Part shown: positions 40,330 to 50,737 of the stretch, one piece after another
How positions within the stretch are numbered: the first letter of the stretch is position 1
How the letters are laid out: each line of letters starts with the position of its first letter
Source: a virus
Taxonomy: Duplodnaviria > Caudoviricetes
Reading direction: 5' to 3' (one strand)
Length of the DNA: 64,000 nucleotides
Virus record (IMG/VR): IMGVR_UViG_3300023047_000002
Program-made: the position numbers and the translations under genes
The notes under the pieces: model-generated
Told to the model about the DNA's origin: nothing
Databases searched by the model: none
Seen by the model: only the letters and a program-made list of their open reading frames with translations

Positions 40330-40548
40330 CATTGGCGAACTTAAAATCCAACGTGACTTTCTCCAGATCTTTCTTTAGTTCTTTATGGGTACACTCCTTT
40401 TCATTGGTACGTTTTGTTTTAGACGCTTCAAAGAAAGTGTAGTCGGCTTGTGATAATAAAAATTCGAATCACATGGTTCCTCGTTATTCCAGTCCATATT
40501 CCATTTCACATTTCACGAAAACAGCAGAATACCTACAGGTGAAAAGTC

Positions 40549-42727
40549 ATGTTCGATCGTGTTATTCTTTGTTCACAAGGCAACACAGGTGTGTTTGCAA
40601 ATAGTCAATCGTTACACGCGTTGTTACGTGCTAAGAAATTGATTTTGAATGAAGGTGATGTTCGTGTTTACTTTGTTCCAGGTGCACATCCACTCACTTC
40701 AAAACAGGTTACTGGACTCCGTAATTGGACAATTGATCAAAACAATCTCGACAATGTGGTTGTAGTCAACGAATCTGCTCAGTTTTCAGACGGAAAGAGC
40801 AGCCATATGGCATACGAGATAAAAGCTACTGTCTTTATGCTGTCAGAGCTTCATGTCGTGGCATGGGGTGATTTGAAAAGATTCTAATGCCAAGCCCATT
40901 GATGGTGCTTACTTTACTGGCTATTTAATCATTGTCACGGTATGTAATCGTGTGTTTCTTGCCGCGTATTCTGATGAAAAGTTAGAATGTTCACCTGACT
41001 TGAAGATGACTTTCGACGTTGAGGAAACAAATGGTGTTCTTCAAGCAACGGCAGACTTTGACGGAAAGATTACACAGGGCATTTTCGACAAACTGCATGA
41101 CAACTATTACACGAAAGAGGAAGTCGATACTCTTGTTGAGAATAGCATTTCTGGTTCTTCTTCTGGAAGTTATGTGACTCTGAACACAGATCAGACGATC
41201 AATTCACGAAAGACCTTTGAAGCATCGGGTCAAACCATATCGACAGAGATTTCATCCAACGGTGTTCTAATTAGCCGACCTGGCACTTACAGTGATGGCG
41301 ATTACGTCATGTCACAATGGACTTGTGATGGGATGTTTTTAGGGACTACGTCTGTTTCGATACGAAATGAATTGAATAGAAATGGTTCGTCATCAAATCT
41401 GTTATCCCTTGTTGTTTCCGATAAGAGTGATAGTAGCATTGATGCAGAATGCACACATGTGGACATAGAAAAAAGTGGTCTGTCTGTTTTTCATCGGAGA
41501 TCCAATGCATTTGATGATGTTCGTGTTCTTCAACTGGAAGAGTCTTACGGCAAATTTAGTAGAGATATGAATCTTTATCTGCCTAGGGATACTCAGATTC
41601 TAATCGGGGTGTCTTCCTTTGAGACCATTGGAGGTCTTTATTTTTACAGTGATTCCTCGGATGGTGAGACTGTCTATACGTTAATGTCAGGTGAAAAGAG
41701 TTACCAGCTTTCTTCTGAGCATCTCAGTGTTAGAGAATTTGACCCTGAGACACAGGAAGGTAGCACAGATTTGACTGCAGCAGTTCTTAGTGATGTGTTA
41801 ATGCAAGCATCTTCTCCGCGTGTGTTTATTTTCCTTGATAACATAGAGAGCATTGTATCTGGTAATGCTTTGACGCAAAGTGTTATGTCTCATATGGGTA
41901 TAGCGTTTGTGTTTATGTCGGAAACAGATTCTGTAACGGATTATACTAATGCCAGGATGTTTGTCATTCGTGATGTTTCCCTTCTGTCGTATTTCATTCC
42001 TGTGGGAGCTGTGTTTGACTTTTCCTATGGTTATGGCTATGTCAGGGTTATTCAACGTTATCCTTCTGATAAAATCGGAACAACTGACACAACAAGCGGT
42101 GATACAATCACGAAAGTTCATGATTATTCTGTTCAAATTGAAAATGCAGACAATTATATGTCGCTTTATTCGTATGTGCAGTCTTATGCACCCTCTGGCG
42201 GTTCTGGTTCAACGTCTTCATCGGTTGATTTTACATCGGTTTCGTCCGATATCATCAGCACTAATGACTTCTATAACTTAGGTTCACCTGAATTCAAATG
42301 GGGAACCGCATATGTCACTTCATTAAACGTAGATGGTCTCCCTCTTAGCAACTATAATCAGGGTCTTGACTGTTCATGTCATTTAACACCGTATAGTACG
42401 GATATATACAATCTTGGGTCTGCACTTTATAAGTGGGATAACGTTTATGCAAATACGTTGTACGGCATCAACGCCAATCTTTACAGTGATGGCATTGGAG
42501 GCATTTACTTTTTCTGTTTTGAATTTTCAAGGACAAATGGAACCTTACCTCGTGGAACTCGTGTAAGTGAGTTCTCCTCGCTTGGATTTGTTGTTGATAG
42601 CGTATTTGAGATGATTGATAATAAGGGTGGTTACGTCCAAACCACTTTGAACGGCGATTACATCACATTGATGTCTTGTGTTGCAAGTTCTTCACGTAAT
42701 TTCATACCTTGTCTTCGTATAAGTTAG
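40549..42727 (+). CDS. Tail-fibre-like gene split by a +1 frameshift at ~40876-40879
   Basis: ORFs 40549..40887 and 40952..42727 fuse if one A of TTGAAAAGA is removed; YVTLNTDQTINSRKTF and two YNLGS...KW repeats. Confidence 0.6.
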
Positions 42728-42751
42728 GTTCACACAGATTGGAGTTGTTTT

Positions 42752-43201
42752 ATGGTTGTTTCTAAGAATCGTTCGGAACCGGTTCAACCCCTCGAAATAG
42801 TTATTCATTCTGTAAAGTATTTCGGCGTGAATCCCAATCAGGTGCTTGCACGTGTTACTGTTCAAGGTATGAATGGTAATCAGCCTTTTGGTTATTTTGT
42901 TGCGTTGGACAAAGAATGTGGTACTGATATTGCTCGATTTGTTATTGACTCTATAAACACTAAACAGATAACGGTTTTACCTACGGATTCAGACATATCT
43001 GCATATCTTGCAAAACAGGCTAGAGAACAAAGAGACCATCTTTTGCAAGAGAGTGATTACTTGGTCAATTCCGATTACCCCATATCTCAAGAAGACCGCT
43101 CCCTTGTCATTGCGTATCGTCAGGCATTGCGTGACATTCCAGAGCAGCCTGGTTTCCCTGAAACAATCGTATGGCCAATGAAACCGACATTTCTTTTGTA
43201 A
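42752..43201 (+). CDS. Tail fibre assembly chaperone
   Basis: AREQRDHLLQESDY...YRQALRDIPEQPGFP..IVWP. Confidence 0.85.
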   Translation: MVVSKNRSEPVQPLEIVIHSVKYFGVNPNQVLARVTVQGMNGNQPFGYFVALDKECGTDIARFVIDSINTKQITVLPTDSDISAYLAKQAREQRDHLLQESDYLVNSDYPISQEDRSLVIAYRQALRDIPEQPGFPETIVWPMKPTFLL

Positions 43202-43230
43202 GACGGTGATCGGTAAAATCCGCAGGATAA

Positions 43231-43270
43231 TGGTGCTGTTTTTTATCCGGTGGGAATAGTTTGTTAAGAT
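43231..43270 (+). promoter_or_regulatory. Phage promoter TGGTGCTG-N23-TGtTAAGAT
   Basis: Motif family. Confidence 0.7.
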
Positions 43271-43322
43271 GCTTCTTGTTCCATCTTGGAACAACTTCCC
43301 CCTTTCTTTTGGAGAAACGAAC

Positions 43323-43568
43323 ATGCACGAAGACACGAGTAAGAAACAGAGTACAAACCAGACTAGCGATGGTAGAATGATATACATCGAATGTCACTAT
43401 AACGAGCGTTGTAAAATCACATCAGCACAATCTCTTGAAGAGATGTATGACATCCGTAACGAATGCTTGCGCATCTGGAATGAAGAGGGTCGCGTTCGTT
43501 GGCATTTTCTTGCAAAATACGCTGACACAGGCGAACACATCAAAATCGCAAACGAGTTCAGTCGCTGA
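43323..43568 (+). CDS. Hypothetical protein
   Basis: GGAG RBS, ATG 43323. Confidence 0.55.
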   Translation: MHEDTSKKQSTNQTSDGRMIYIECHYNERCKITSAQSLEEMYDIRNECLRIWNEEGRVRWHFLAKYADTGEHIKIANEFSR

Positions 43569-43586
43569 TTAAGAAATAGAACAACT

Positions 43587-43628
43587 TTGTGAACTACCTA
43601 TTCGATTTAGCTGATGGGTAGTTCACAA
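43587..43628. repeat. Head-to-head pair of IS605 right-end tips forming a hairpin
   Basis: TTGTGAACTACC-N18-GGTAGTTCACAA. Confidence 0.55.
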
Positions 43629-43649
43629 GAACTTTAGTGAGTCACTGCA

Positions 43650-44045
43650 ATGATTCAATGTCTATCAGAACTAGAATCTGAATATATTAGTTACCGTTCC
43701 AGACGTTTTCCTGATGAATACACATGGCTTACAGGCAACTGTTTTCAGTACGCTTGTATCCTTCGTGAGTGGTTGCTGCTTCATTGTGTTGCATCACGTA
43801 TAGTTTATGATGTGATTGACGGACATTTCCTCGTTATTTCTGAACTGCCTATGAACCGTAATGATACGGTTTTGTTTTCGTTTGTCTTGGACTATACCGG
43901 CGTTGTAGTTATCCATCCTGGGTTCATAAATGTTTTAGGTGAGATTTTTTATCATGATGGCAAACATTTCCTTGTGGATTGGGATTATTATGCCGAGATT
44001 GAGCCTCTTAATTGGAGTAGGATTTGTTCTTATTGCTGTTGCTGA
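43650..44045 (+). CDS. Hypothetical protein
   Basis: GNCFQYA...GHF...DYTG. Confidence 0.6.
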   Translation: MIQCLSELESEYISYRSRRFPDEYTWLTGNCFQYACILREWLLLHCVASRIVYDVIDGHFLVISELPMNRNDTVLFSFVLDYTGVVVIHPGFINVLGEIFYHDGKHFLVDWDYYAEIEPLNWSRICSYCCC

Positions 44046-44100
44046 ATTATTTTGTTTTCGTCTTTGTTGCGTGATTCAGATTATTGTGTTATCTAAACAG

Positions 44101-44713
44101 TAAGATTGCGGCACATTAGACCTGTCGCAGTTCTTTGAAAGGTGAAGAATGGTTTGGTACATGGCTTTCCAACGTACAGGATCTTATACAAGCTGAGTTT
44201 GTGGGTTGTTTCCGAGCAAGAAAAAGCAAAGATTGGCTTCGCGGCTGTCTTAACTTGACTTACGTTTCCTATACACTTCTTCAGAAAGGTTATCACTCTT
44301 GTGGTAGGTTTTCTGAAGAAGTGTGGCGGGTGAGATGACTAACACGGATTGATCGTGGCGTGCACCTTCGTTTTGACGCTTGACTGTGACGAGGTTTTAC
44401 GGGTCTTCGGGCTTGCTTGCACAGTTCACCACCGGTATCGTGACGGTGGTGAGATGATGGCTAGGTGTGGGATGATCGTTGCACACAATTCCCGTAAAGG
44501 GCTGTACGTTGGAAAGCCATGTAACTTGCTTGGATGGTCACACTTTGTGGCTTACGGCAGAATCGCCAGGGCGCACGTTTTCGTGTGGGAATACTCCTGC
44601 CCTTAAAGTCTTTGGTTTATGATGTTGCTTGCATCATTGATTGTAAGGGCTTTGTGCCCTCCGTGTCGAATTGCATGAAAGAGCGTTCTGTTATCAGCAG
44701 AACGCTCTTTTTT
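44101..44713 (+). ncRNA. Candidate large structured non-coding RNA (~610 nt)
   Basis: TTGCGT-N17-TATCTA promoter, leader hairpin plus AGTTCTTTGAAA boxA, 22-bp long-range stem, many hairpins, intrinsic terminator, no credible ORF. Confidence 0.7.
44678..44713 (+). terminator. Intrinsic terminator
   Basis: AAAGAGCGTTCTG...CAGAACGCTCTTTTTT. Confidence 0.8.
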
Positions 44714-44728
44714 GTGTCTCGTTTACCG

Positions 44729-44768
44729 TGGTGCTGTACTCTTTTCTATATCGACTTTGTGGTAGAGT
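44729..44768 (+). promoter_or_regulatory. Phage promoter TGGTGCTG-N23-TGgTAGAGT
   Basis: Motif family. Confidence 0.7.
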
Positions 44769-44807
44769 TTATCTGTATCTGGTTCGTGTGAACCTTATGT
44801 CGCGTTT

Positions 44808-46118
44808 TTGGAGAGTACAGTGTTTAAAGTTGAATTGACAAATGTAGGTATTATTCGAGAGGCGAGCTTGTCTTTCGTACCTGGTGTAAACTTAATTCTC
44901 GGTGCAAGCTCTTCCGGTAAGTCTACGCTGTTGCGTGCTTTAAGAGGTCTTGCAGACAACAGCTTTACGGATGCTATGGTTACGCATGGTTCTGGTATGA
45001 TGCAGATTGATGTGGATACGGGTGACTCTCACGTTACCTATACCCGTGATACCAAAGCCCGTGATAGAAAAGCATGTTATGTTGTGAATGGTGAGGAGTA
45101 CACGAAACTCGGTAGGCAGCAGCTTGATGTTGTTGCTGACACCTTGCGTGTGTCTTCAGTTAAAATTGACTCAGAGTCAGTGAACTTTAACTTTTCCAGT
45201 CAGTTTGCAGGACCGTTCCTTCTCCTCGGTTCTCCTTCTACGTTGTATTCGGTTTTGACTTATCATGAGAGTTTCGATGTCTCAAGGCTTGATGACCTGT
45301 ATAAAGCTGACGTTAAAGATACTTCAGACAAGATAAAGTTGAGTACTGAATTGGTTTCACAGTTTGAGATTGAGCTAGAAAAGTCTGATGCACGTGTAAA
45401 AGAGTTGTCTGCAATCCCTGATTTATATGCACGTGTGATGCAGGTCAAAATGAAACGTGAACGAGTTGAAAGTCTTCGTTCTATTTTAACTCGGATTTCT
45501 ACGTTGCAGGCTGAACGTGTTCGATGTGTAGCCATGCTTCATAAGCATTCAGACATGCATAGTTCTATCGTCACGTGTATGCTTAAGATGCGTAAGCGTC
45601 ATCTGTTGTCTTCTCTTGTGATTCGCTATGAAGAACAACGTAAAGCACGTGAGATTCTTAGTCTGTGTAATGAAGTGTCTTCATTTCCCATTACCCGTGT
45701 TGAATCCGCACTGTCACATTACTTGACCGTTGTGAAATGGGTTGAAATGAATGATGCTTACAATAAGCAACTGTCTCGTTATCGCATGTCAGACAGTGTT
45801 GCTTCTGTGTCGGTAAACAAGTTCTTGGAAATCTTGTCAAGATTTGAGAAAATTTCACGCCTTGTAAATCTTTATCGTGATATCCGAAATTCAGCTGTCC
45901 GCCTTGGAAATTCTCCTGACTTAAAGTCACGGTACGAAATTATTGAGAAATGTATCTCCGCCATCTCTCTGTTTCGTGAAGTTGATGTTTCGTCACGGAA
46001 GATGCTTGGGTTCGATGTGGATTGCGATTTCGTTGATAGTCAACTGGCTGAGTTTAAGGTTTGCCCTTTATGCGGCAACCCTTTGTGTACTCACGATGAA
46101 GCGTCTGTGGTGCTGTAA
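44808..46118 (+). CDS. sbcC: SbcC/Rad50 N-terminal half (Walker A, coiled coil, Zn hook)
   Basis: GVNLILGASSSGKSTLLRAL; ends in CPLCG. Confidence 0.8.
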   Translation: MESTVFKVELTNVGIIREASLSFVPGVNLILGASSSGKSTLLRALRGLADNSFTDAMVTHGSGMMQIDVDTGDSHVTYTRDTKARDRKACYVVNGEEYTKLGRQQLDVVADTLRVSSVKIDSESVNFNFSSQFAGPFLLLGSPSTLYSVLTYHESFDVSRLDDLYKADVKDTSDKIKLSTELVSQFEIELEKSDARVKELSAIPDLYARVMQVKMKRERVESLRSILTRISTLQAERVRCVAMLHKHSDMHSSIVTCMLKMRKRHLLSSLVIRYEEQRKAREILSLCNEVSSFPITRVESALSHYLTVVKWVEMNDAYNKQLSRYRMSDSVASVSVNKFLEILSRFEKISRLVNLYRDIRNSAVRLGNSPDLKSRYEIIEKCISAISLFREVDVSSRKMLGFDVDCDFVDSQLAEFKVCPLCGNPLCTHDEASVVL

Positions 46119-46196
46119 GTTCATCTATGACGTCTTTATGATACATAAGCATTGTTTTCCTTCTGTTTTTGTTTCAACTTTATAGGAGATTTAACA

Positions 46197-46471
46197 TGGA
46201 TATTAAAACACAGGACATGGTTACGAAATTTGAGGAACTTAAAAAGCGACGTGACAATATTATGCTTGAACGTGCAAAAGAAGAAGCACGTCTTGAGACG
46301 TTGACAAAAGAACTTGATGCCTTGAAAGAGTCATTGAGTGAATATGGTGTTGTAGATGAACTGTCTGCACGTGAGTTGCTTGAACGTACCTCAAGTGAAT
46401 TAGCGGTTGAACTGCATAACCTTGAACAGGCGTTACAGTCTTACGACAATGTACAAATTGCAGAGGCTTGA
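46197..46471 (+). CDS. Small coiled-coil protein (middle piece of the split SbcC)
   Basis: AGGAG RBS, ATG 46197; heptad-rich; own TGGTGCTG promoter at 46108. Confidence 0.6.
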
Positions 46472-47115
46472 AATACATGACTTTTGACGAAATTGAACAG
46501 CGGACAAGTGAGCTTTTTGTTGCATACAAGGCAGCTGTAGCTCAGGCTAAACAGAATGAAGAGATCCTGGAAGGTCATAGAGCACAACTAGAGTACTTGA
46601 AGGAACGCGGTCGTGTGTTTGATTCAGCTAAGCCTGTTATTGATGACATCGTTCACAAATTCTCAAGACGTGCCCTTGATCATCTTGAAAAGCTGCTGAC
46701 TTTCGGTTTGCGGAAAATTTTCACAGACCATGAGTATTCTCTTACCATTGTAACAACGGACAAGCGTGGCAACAAATGTGCTGAGTTGATTCTTGAGGAA
46801 GGTGGGTATCAGTATCCTTTGAAAGACTCTTCTGTTGCTGGTGGCATTCTTGTTACAGTCGGATTCCTAATCCAGTGCTTTTATGTGTCTAATCTACCAG
46901 TACGTAAAATCGTTTTTCTTGATGAGGCTTTCACGCAAATTTCCACTGCGTATCTTGAGAATTTCATGGCTTTTGTCTCGGAGCTGACAAAGCAAATTGG
47001 GCTCATAGTGGTCTTAATCACACATGACAAACGTTTCATTCCATACGGAAATCGTGTGTACAATGTCGTCAATGGAGTGTACACCCTTGAGCAGAATAAA
47101 GTCTCGGAGGCATGA
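46468..47115 (+). CDS. SbcC/Rad50 C-terminal half
   Basis: Signature-like SVAGG, Walker B FLDEAF, H-loop LITHD. Confidence 0.8.
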   Translation: MKYMTFDEIEQRTSELFVAYKAAVAQAKQNEEILEGHRAQLEYLKERGRVFDSAKPVIDDIVHKFSRRALDHLEKLLTFGLRKIFTDHEYSLTIVTTDKRGNKCAELILEEGGYQYPLKDSSVAGGILVTVGFLIQCFYVSNLPVRKIVFLDEAFTQISTAYLENFMAFVSELTKQIGLIVVLITHDKRFIPYGNRVYNVVNGVYTLEQNKVSEA

Positions 47116-48056
47116 TGTCGGTATCACATGAAGAAAGTTTGGAACACATTGGCAAGGTGATGTTTGTCGGAGATGTTCATCTTAAGGCACAGAATCCTGC
47201 TTGCCGAAAGGATAACTACGCTGATGCTGTATTGCGTAAGCTGACATGGATAAAGACTTACTGTAATGACAAACACATAAATGTTGTTGTTTTCCTTGGT
47301 GATTTCTTTGACACTCCAACAGTCGCCTGGTCGTTGTTTACACAGGTTATGCAGATTCTTCAGACCTTCAAAGATTCAGGCATACGTTGTTATGCTATCG
47401 TTGGAAATCACGATATCCGTTATGACAGACTTGAAACTTTGAACGAGACTTCGCTTGGTGTTCTCTTTCTTTCCGGTCTTCTTATCCGATTGTCTGAGAA
47501 TCCAATCTTGTTACGTAGTGACGGTTCAAAGATTGTTGGGTTTGACTTCACCCAGAAAATTACTCCACCTTGCGAAGAGTGCGGAGAAGGTGCACAGGTC
47601 ATTTGTGTAGCCCATGAATATTTCCAGTGTGGTTTCTCAGACACGTCTTTGCAGTGTGAAGATTTGGACACCGCAGGTTATTCTTCGTATGTGTTTGGAC
47701 ATGACCATGCACCATACATGCCTCTTAAACAAGTGTCTTGGACGTTGTACCGTCCCGGAAGTCTTTCACGAAATTCGTCTGATGCACATAATCTGATGCG
47801 TATCCCTCGTGTCTTAGTGTATGATGTTTCAACGGATGTATTTACATTCGCTGAGGTGTCTGTCGCCAAGAAGCCTGAAGAGGTCATTATGCGTAATCAG
47901 GAAGAGGTATCATTGAGTATGTTCGATTTGGTTGAGACTTTGTGCAGTTCGTATGACGGAGGACAGACTTCTGTACGTGCATACGTTTCTGAAATGGGAC
48001 TGCCAAACGAAATTCATAACATCGTAACCCAGTATCTGGACAAACTTGGAGTGTAA
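47112..48056 (+). CDS. sbcD: SbcD/Mre11 metallophosphoesterase nuclease
   Basis: GDVH, LGDFFD, GNHD, AH, GHDH, PGSL. Confidence 0.88.
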   Translation: MMSVSHEESLEHIGKVMFVGDVHLKAQNPACRKDNYADAVLRKLTWIKTYCNDKHINVVVFLGDFFDTPTVAWSLFTQVMQILQTFKDSGIRCYAIVGNHDIRYDRLETLNETSLGVLFLSGLLIRLSENPILLRSDGSKIVGFDFTQKITPPCEECGEGAQVICVAHEYFQCGFSDTSLQCEDLDTAGYSSYVFGHDHAPYMPLKQVSWTLYRPGSLSRNSSDAHNLMRIPRVLVYDVSTDVFTFAEVSVAKKPEEVIMRNQEEVSLSMFDLVETLCSSYDGGQTSVRAYVSEMGLPNEIHNIVTQYLDKLGV

Positions 48057-48060
48057 ACTT

Positions 48061-49296
48061 ATGGCAGAGTTAGAAAATGTGTGCAGTGAAGACCAGTTAT
48101 TTGTGAACGAAGACTTGTCTGACGAAGAAGTCAACATATCTGAGCCGCACGTGACTATACGACGGAAAGCACTTAAAACGTTCTTGGATATAGTTCAGAG
48201 GTTGCCTGACCGTGTGAATGATTCCCATTGTGTTTTCTTTATGCTTGACGTTGACGCGTTTGAAACTGACAACGGTACTATGGAGAATCGTCTTACAGTA
48301 AGTGCGACGGATAATCCGTCTGCAACGATGATTAAGATGTCGATTCCTGTGCTGAATAAAACCGCTGTCTACGAAGGCAAGCCTGTTATTCTGAAACAGT
48401 CTATGCTTCAAAAACTTGACAACCTGTTACTTGGCGATAACCTCACTCTGAAATTTATTGAGGATGGTGATCATGTTCATGTAAGAGCTCTTGTGCTTGG
48501 TGGATGGCTTGATGTACCGACTGGTAATTTCTCAGAGAGCGTGTTCGATATTCCGTTGAACTCTCCTACTTGGGAGAAAGAATTGTCTGTGTCAGAAATG
48601 CAAGAAGTTCTTTCAAGTCTTTTGGTTGTCGCAAAAGCACAGAAGAATACACCTAATCCAAATCTTGTTTTTAAAGATGGATATGCTTTTGTTGATGACC
48701 CTGGCGGTTATGTCCGATATGATTGTGATTTGTTTGTTCACAGACTTCCTTTGTGGTCGGCTGAAATTCTTGCATCGTTTTTGTCTAAAACTCAGTCAAA
48801 GTCTCTTAGGGCTTTTATTCAGACAGAATCTAAGAACCACTATCCTTATGTTCGATTTGTAGGTGACCAGTTCGAGTTCGCTTTGGCGAGATTCGGAACT
48901 GTGTCCGTCGTACATGACAAAGTTCAAGTATCTTCTGGTCTTAGAACATCTTTGGATTCTCTCAGACGTATTGCGAGTATCCCTGCAGTTATGCAGGATG
49001 ACATGCGTGATTTCTTTAACGGTAACATTATTGTCAGCTTTGTTCAAGAGGGTGATGACGAAGAATTGTCGGTTACGTTATGTGGTAAGAATAATGGTAC
49101 AAAGCATGTAATTTATCACGATGTTTTTGGAGAGGTTCGTAATTACTTTACCGTGTGTGTGAATGCCGCTCAGTTGAGTATGTTACTTAAATCCTGCCCA
49201 TCATCATGTTGTGATGTTGTCGTGACAGCTGATGTTTCTGAATTACACATTTCATCAGGCGCTTGGTCTTGTCATTTGGACTTGATTAAGGAATAA
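48061..49296 (+). CDS. Beta sliding-clamp (DnaN)-like protein
   Basis: NRLTVSATD (cf. LTLTATD), ~410 aa, VNAAQL near C-terminus; replication operon context. Confidence 0.55.
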   Translation: MAELENVCSEDQLFVNEDLSDEEVNISEPHVTIRRKALKTFLDIVQRLPDRVNDSHCVFFMLDVDAFETDNGTMENRLTVSATDNPSATMIKMSIPVLNKTAVYEGKPVILKQSMLQKLDNLLLGDNLTLKFIEDGDHVHVRALVLGGWLDVPTGNFSESVFDIPLNSPTWEKELSVSEMQEVLSSLLVVAKAQKNTPNPNLVFKDGYAFVDDPGGYVRYDCDLFVHRLPLWSAEILASFLSKTQSKSLRAFIQTESKNHYPYVRFVGDQFEFALARFGTVSVVHDKVQVSSGLRTSLDSLRRIASIPAVMQDDMRDFFNGNIIVSFVQEGDDEELSVTLCGKNNGTKHVIYHDVFGEVRNYFTVCVNAAQLSMLLKSCPSSCCDVVVTADVSELHISSGAWSCHLDLIKE

Positions 49297-49304
49297 GGTT
49301 TCTA

Positions 49305-49337
49305 CCCAACACTGTTTGTTAGACAGTGTTGGGTTTT
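49305..49337 (+). terminator. Intrinsic terminator
   Basis: CCCAACACTGT...ACAGTGTTGGGTTTT. Confidence 0.65.
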
Positions 49338-49352
49338 GCTTTTGGTAGAGTG

Positions 49353-49922
49353 ATGGCTAAGAAATTATTTTACGGGAAACGTGAAGTGCAAAAACGTAAG
49401 AAACTAAAGGTTGTGAAACCAAACTACCATGAATGTTCCGGATACATTACAGATGGTGTTGTCGCTACAGGTGAGTTTTTCAGCATTCCTTACGAAATAA
49501 CAGAGAGCCCTATCAAGAACGGGTTCACGTATAAGCTGTCTTCGCCAATCGTGACAATCTCACGTGCAGTTGACAGGTTATCGGATGAAAAGCGTTCGAT
49601 CATTATACGCTACATTTGCAAGGTTCGTGAATGTTATGAAGAGTACCATGCGACGTTCGATAGCGAGAAGTTCAATTCATCCCAAGGTCGTAAAGTTGCG
49701 TTAGATAACGCTTTACAATGGCTTAAATCAGAAATCGGTGACAAAAAAGCCCCCGCACTTTTGCACAGTTTCCAGGTGCAGTGCGATGCGTATGCACACG
49801 AAGTTTCAAAGAACAATGCTGCTTATGACCGTATGATGACAGAGCAATTTGGGTTACACCAGACGCTTCTTGATTCAGACGAACTTGACCCAAATGACCC
49901 TATGTGGTCTCTTGATATTTAA
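49353..49922 (+). CDS. Hypothetical protein
   Basis: ORF track 49326..49922. Confidence 0.6.
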   Translation: MAKKLFYGKREVQKRKKLKVVKPNYHECSGYITDGVVATGEFFSIPYEITESPIKNGFTYKLSSPIVTISRAVDRLSDEKRSIIIRYICKVRECYEEYHATFDSEKFNSSQGRKVALDNALQWLKSEIGDKKAPALLHSFQVQCDAYAHEVSKNNAAYDRMMTEQFGLHQTLLDSDELDPNDPMWSLDI

Positions 49923-50723
49923 GTGTTTCGTATGGAATCCACAGACGTAAACTCATACATTCCTTACACAAAAGCTGACGCATGTGACCTTGTGAAGCGT
50001 ATGACGGATTTGTTCTCATCATTACCGACAGTTCCGTCAAAGGATGATTTGTGTATCCGTTACAGGAATCTTGAAGGTCGCTTAAGGATTCTTAACTCAG
50101 GATGTGCTGACAAGTATTTGTATTGGGCTTCACATCTTGGTTATAGGATGCTTGACGGACAAACTGCGTACTCGTGTGATTTTTTACCTGATTGGTTTCG
50201 CAAATTTGTTTGCTCTGAGGAACTCGTAATTGTTATGCCGTCACGTGATATGGAAGATAAAATTTATGGCGTGACGGTGCGCTCAGTTTTTTCTAAAAGT
50301 TTCCGCTCGTTTACGCCGTTTCCATATGTACCATATGGATTTTTAACTTCGAATAAACCGTATCACAAGCCTTGGTTATTGGTTGAAAGTGCTTTTGATT
50401 CTGACTGGTTGCGGTGTTTTTATCCGTATACGATTGCATCGGGAGGTGTGTCCGGTATGAATTTAGAGATGCTTACTCTTGTTTCACAGACAGCACCTAG
50501 GTGCGTTGTCGCATTCGATAACGACGATGCCGGAGACACGGGGTATTCCAGAGTGAATACCAAGATGAAGTTTTCACGAAAACCTCCGACTGTGGAGAGA
50601 GTTTACTCTCCGTATAAGAAAGACTTCGGAGATATTGCGCAGCTTGCTATGAATAATGACAGTATGTACAAGGTTTACAAGAACGTGGTGCTGGACTTGC
50701 TTCATGTGTCTGGTTTAGTTTAG
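49923..50723 (+). CDS. TOPRIM-domain DNA primase (no Zn finger)
   Basis: LLVESAFD, AFDNDDAG, KKDFGD. Confidence 0.75.
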   Translation: MFRMESTDVNSYIPYTKADACDLVKRMTDLFSSLPTVPSKDDLCIRYRNLEGRLRILNSGCADKYLYWASHLGYRMLDGQTAYSCDFLPDWFRKFVCSEELVIVMPSRDMEDKIYGVTVRSVFSKSFRSFTPFPYVPYGFLTSNKPYHKPWLLVESAFDSDWLRCFYPYTIASGGVSGMNLEMLTLVSQTAPRCVVAFDNDDAGDTGYSRVNTKMKFSRKPPTVERVYSPYKKDFGDIAQLAMNNDSMYKVYKNVVLDLLHVSGLV

Positions 50724-50737
50724 AATATAAAATTGAC

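Noticed and set aside
40903-40910. TGGTGCTT as another promoter box
   Set aside because: No -10 at the 23-nt spacing, and it lies within the reconstructed fibre reading frame
44101-44713. tmRNA, RNase P, rRNA fragment or hammerhead ribozyme
   Set aside because: No T-loop/CCA end or GAGGAAAGTCC; GGCGGGTGAG...TAACACG similarity to 16S is too short; CTGAAGA lies within a stem with no valid stem II
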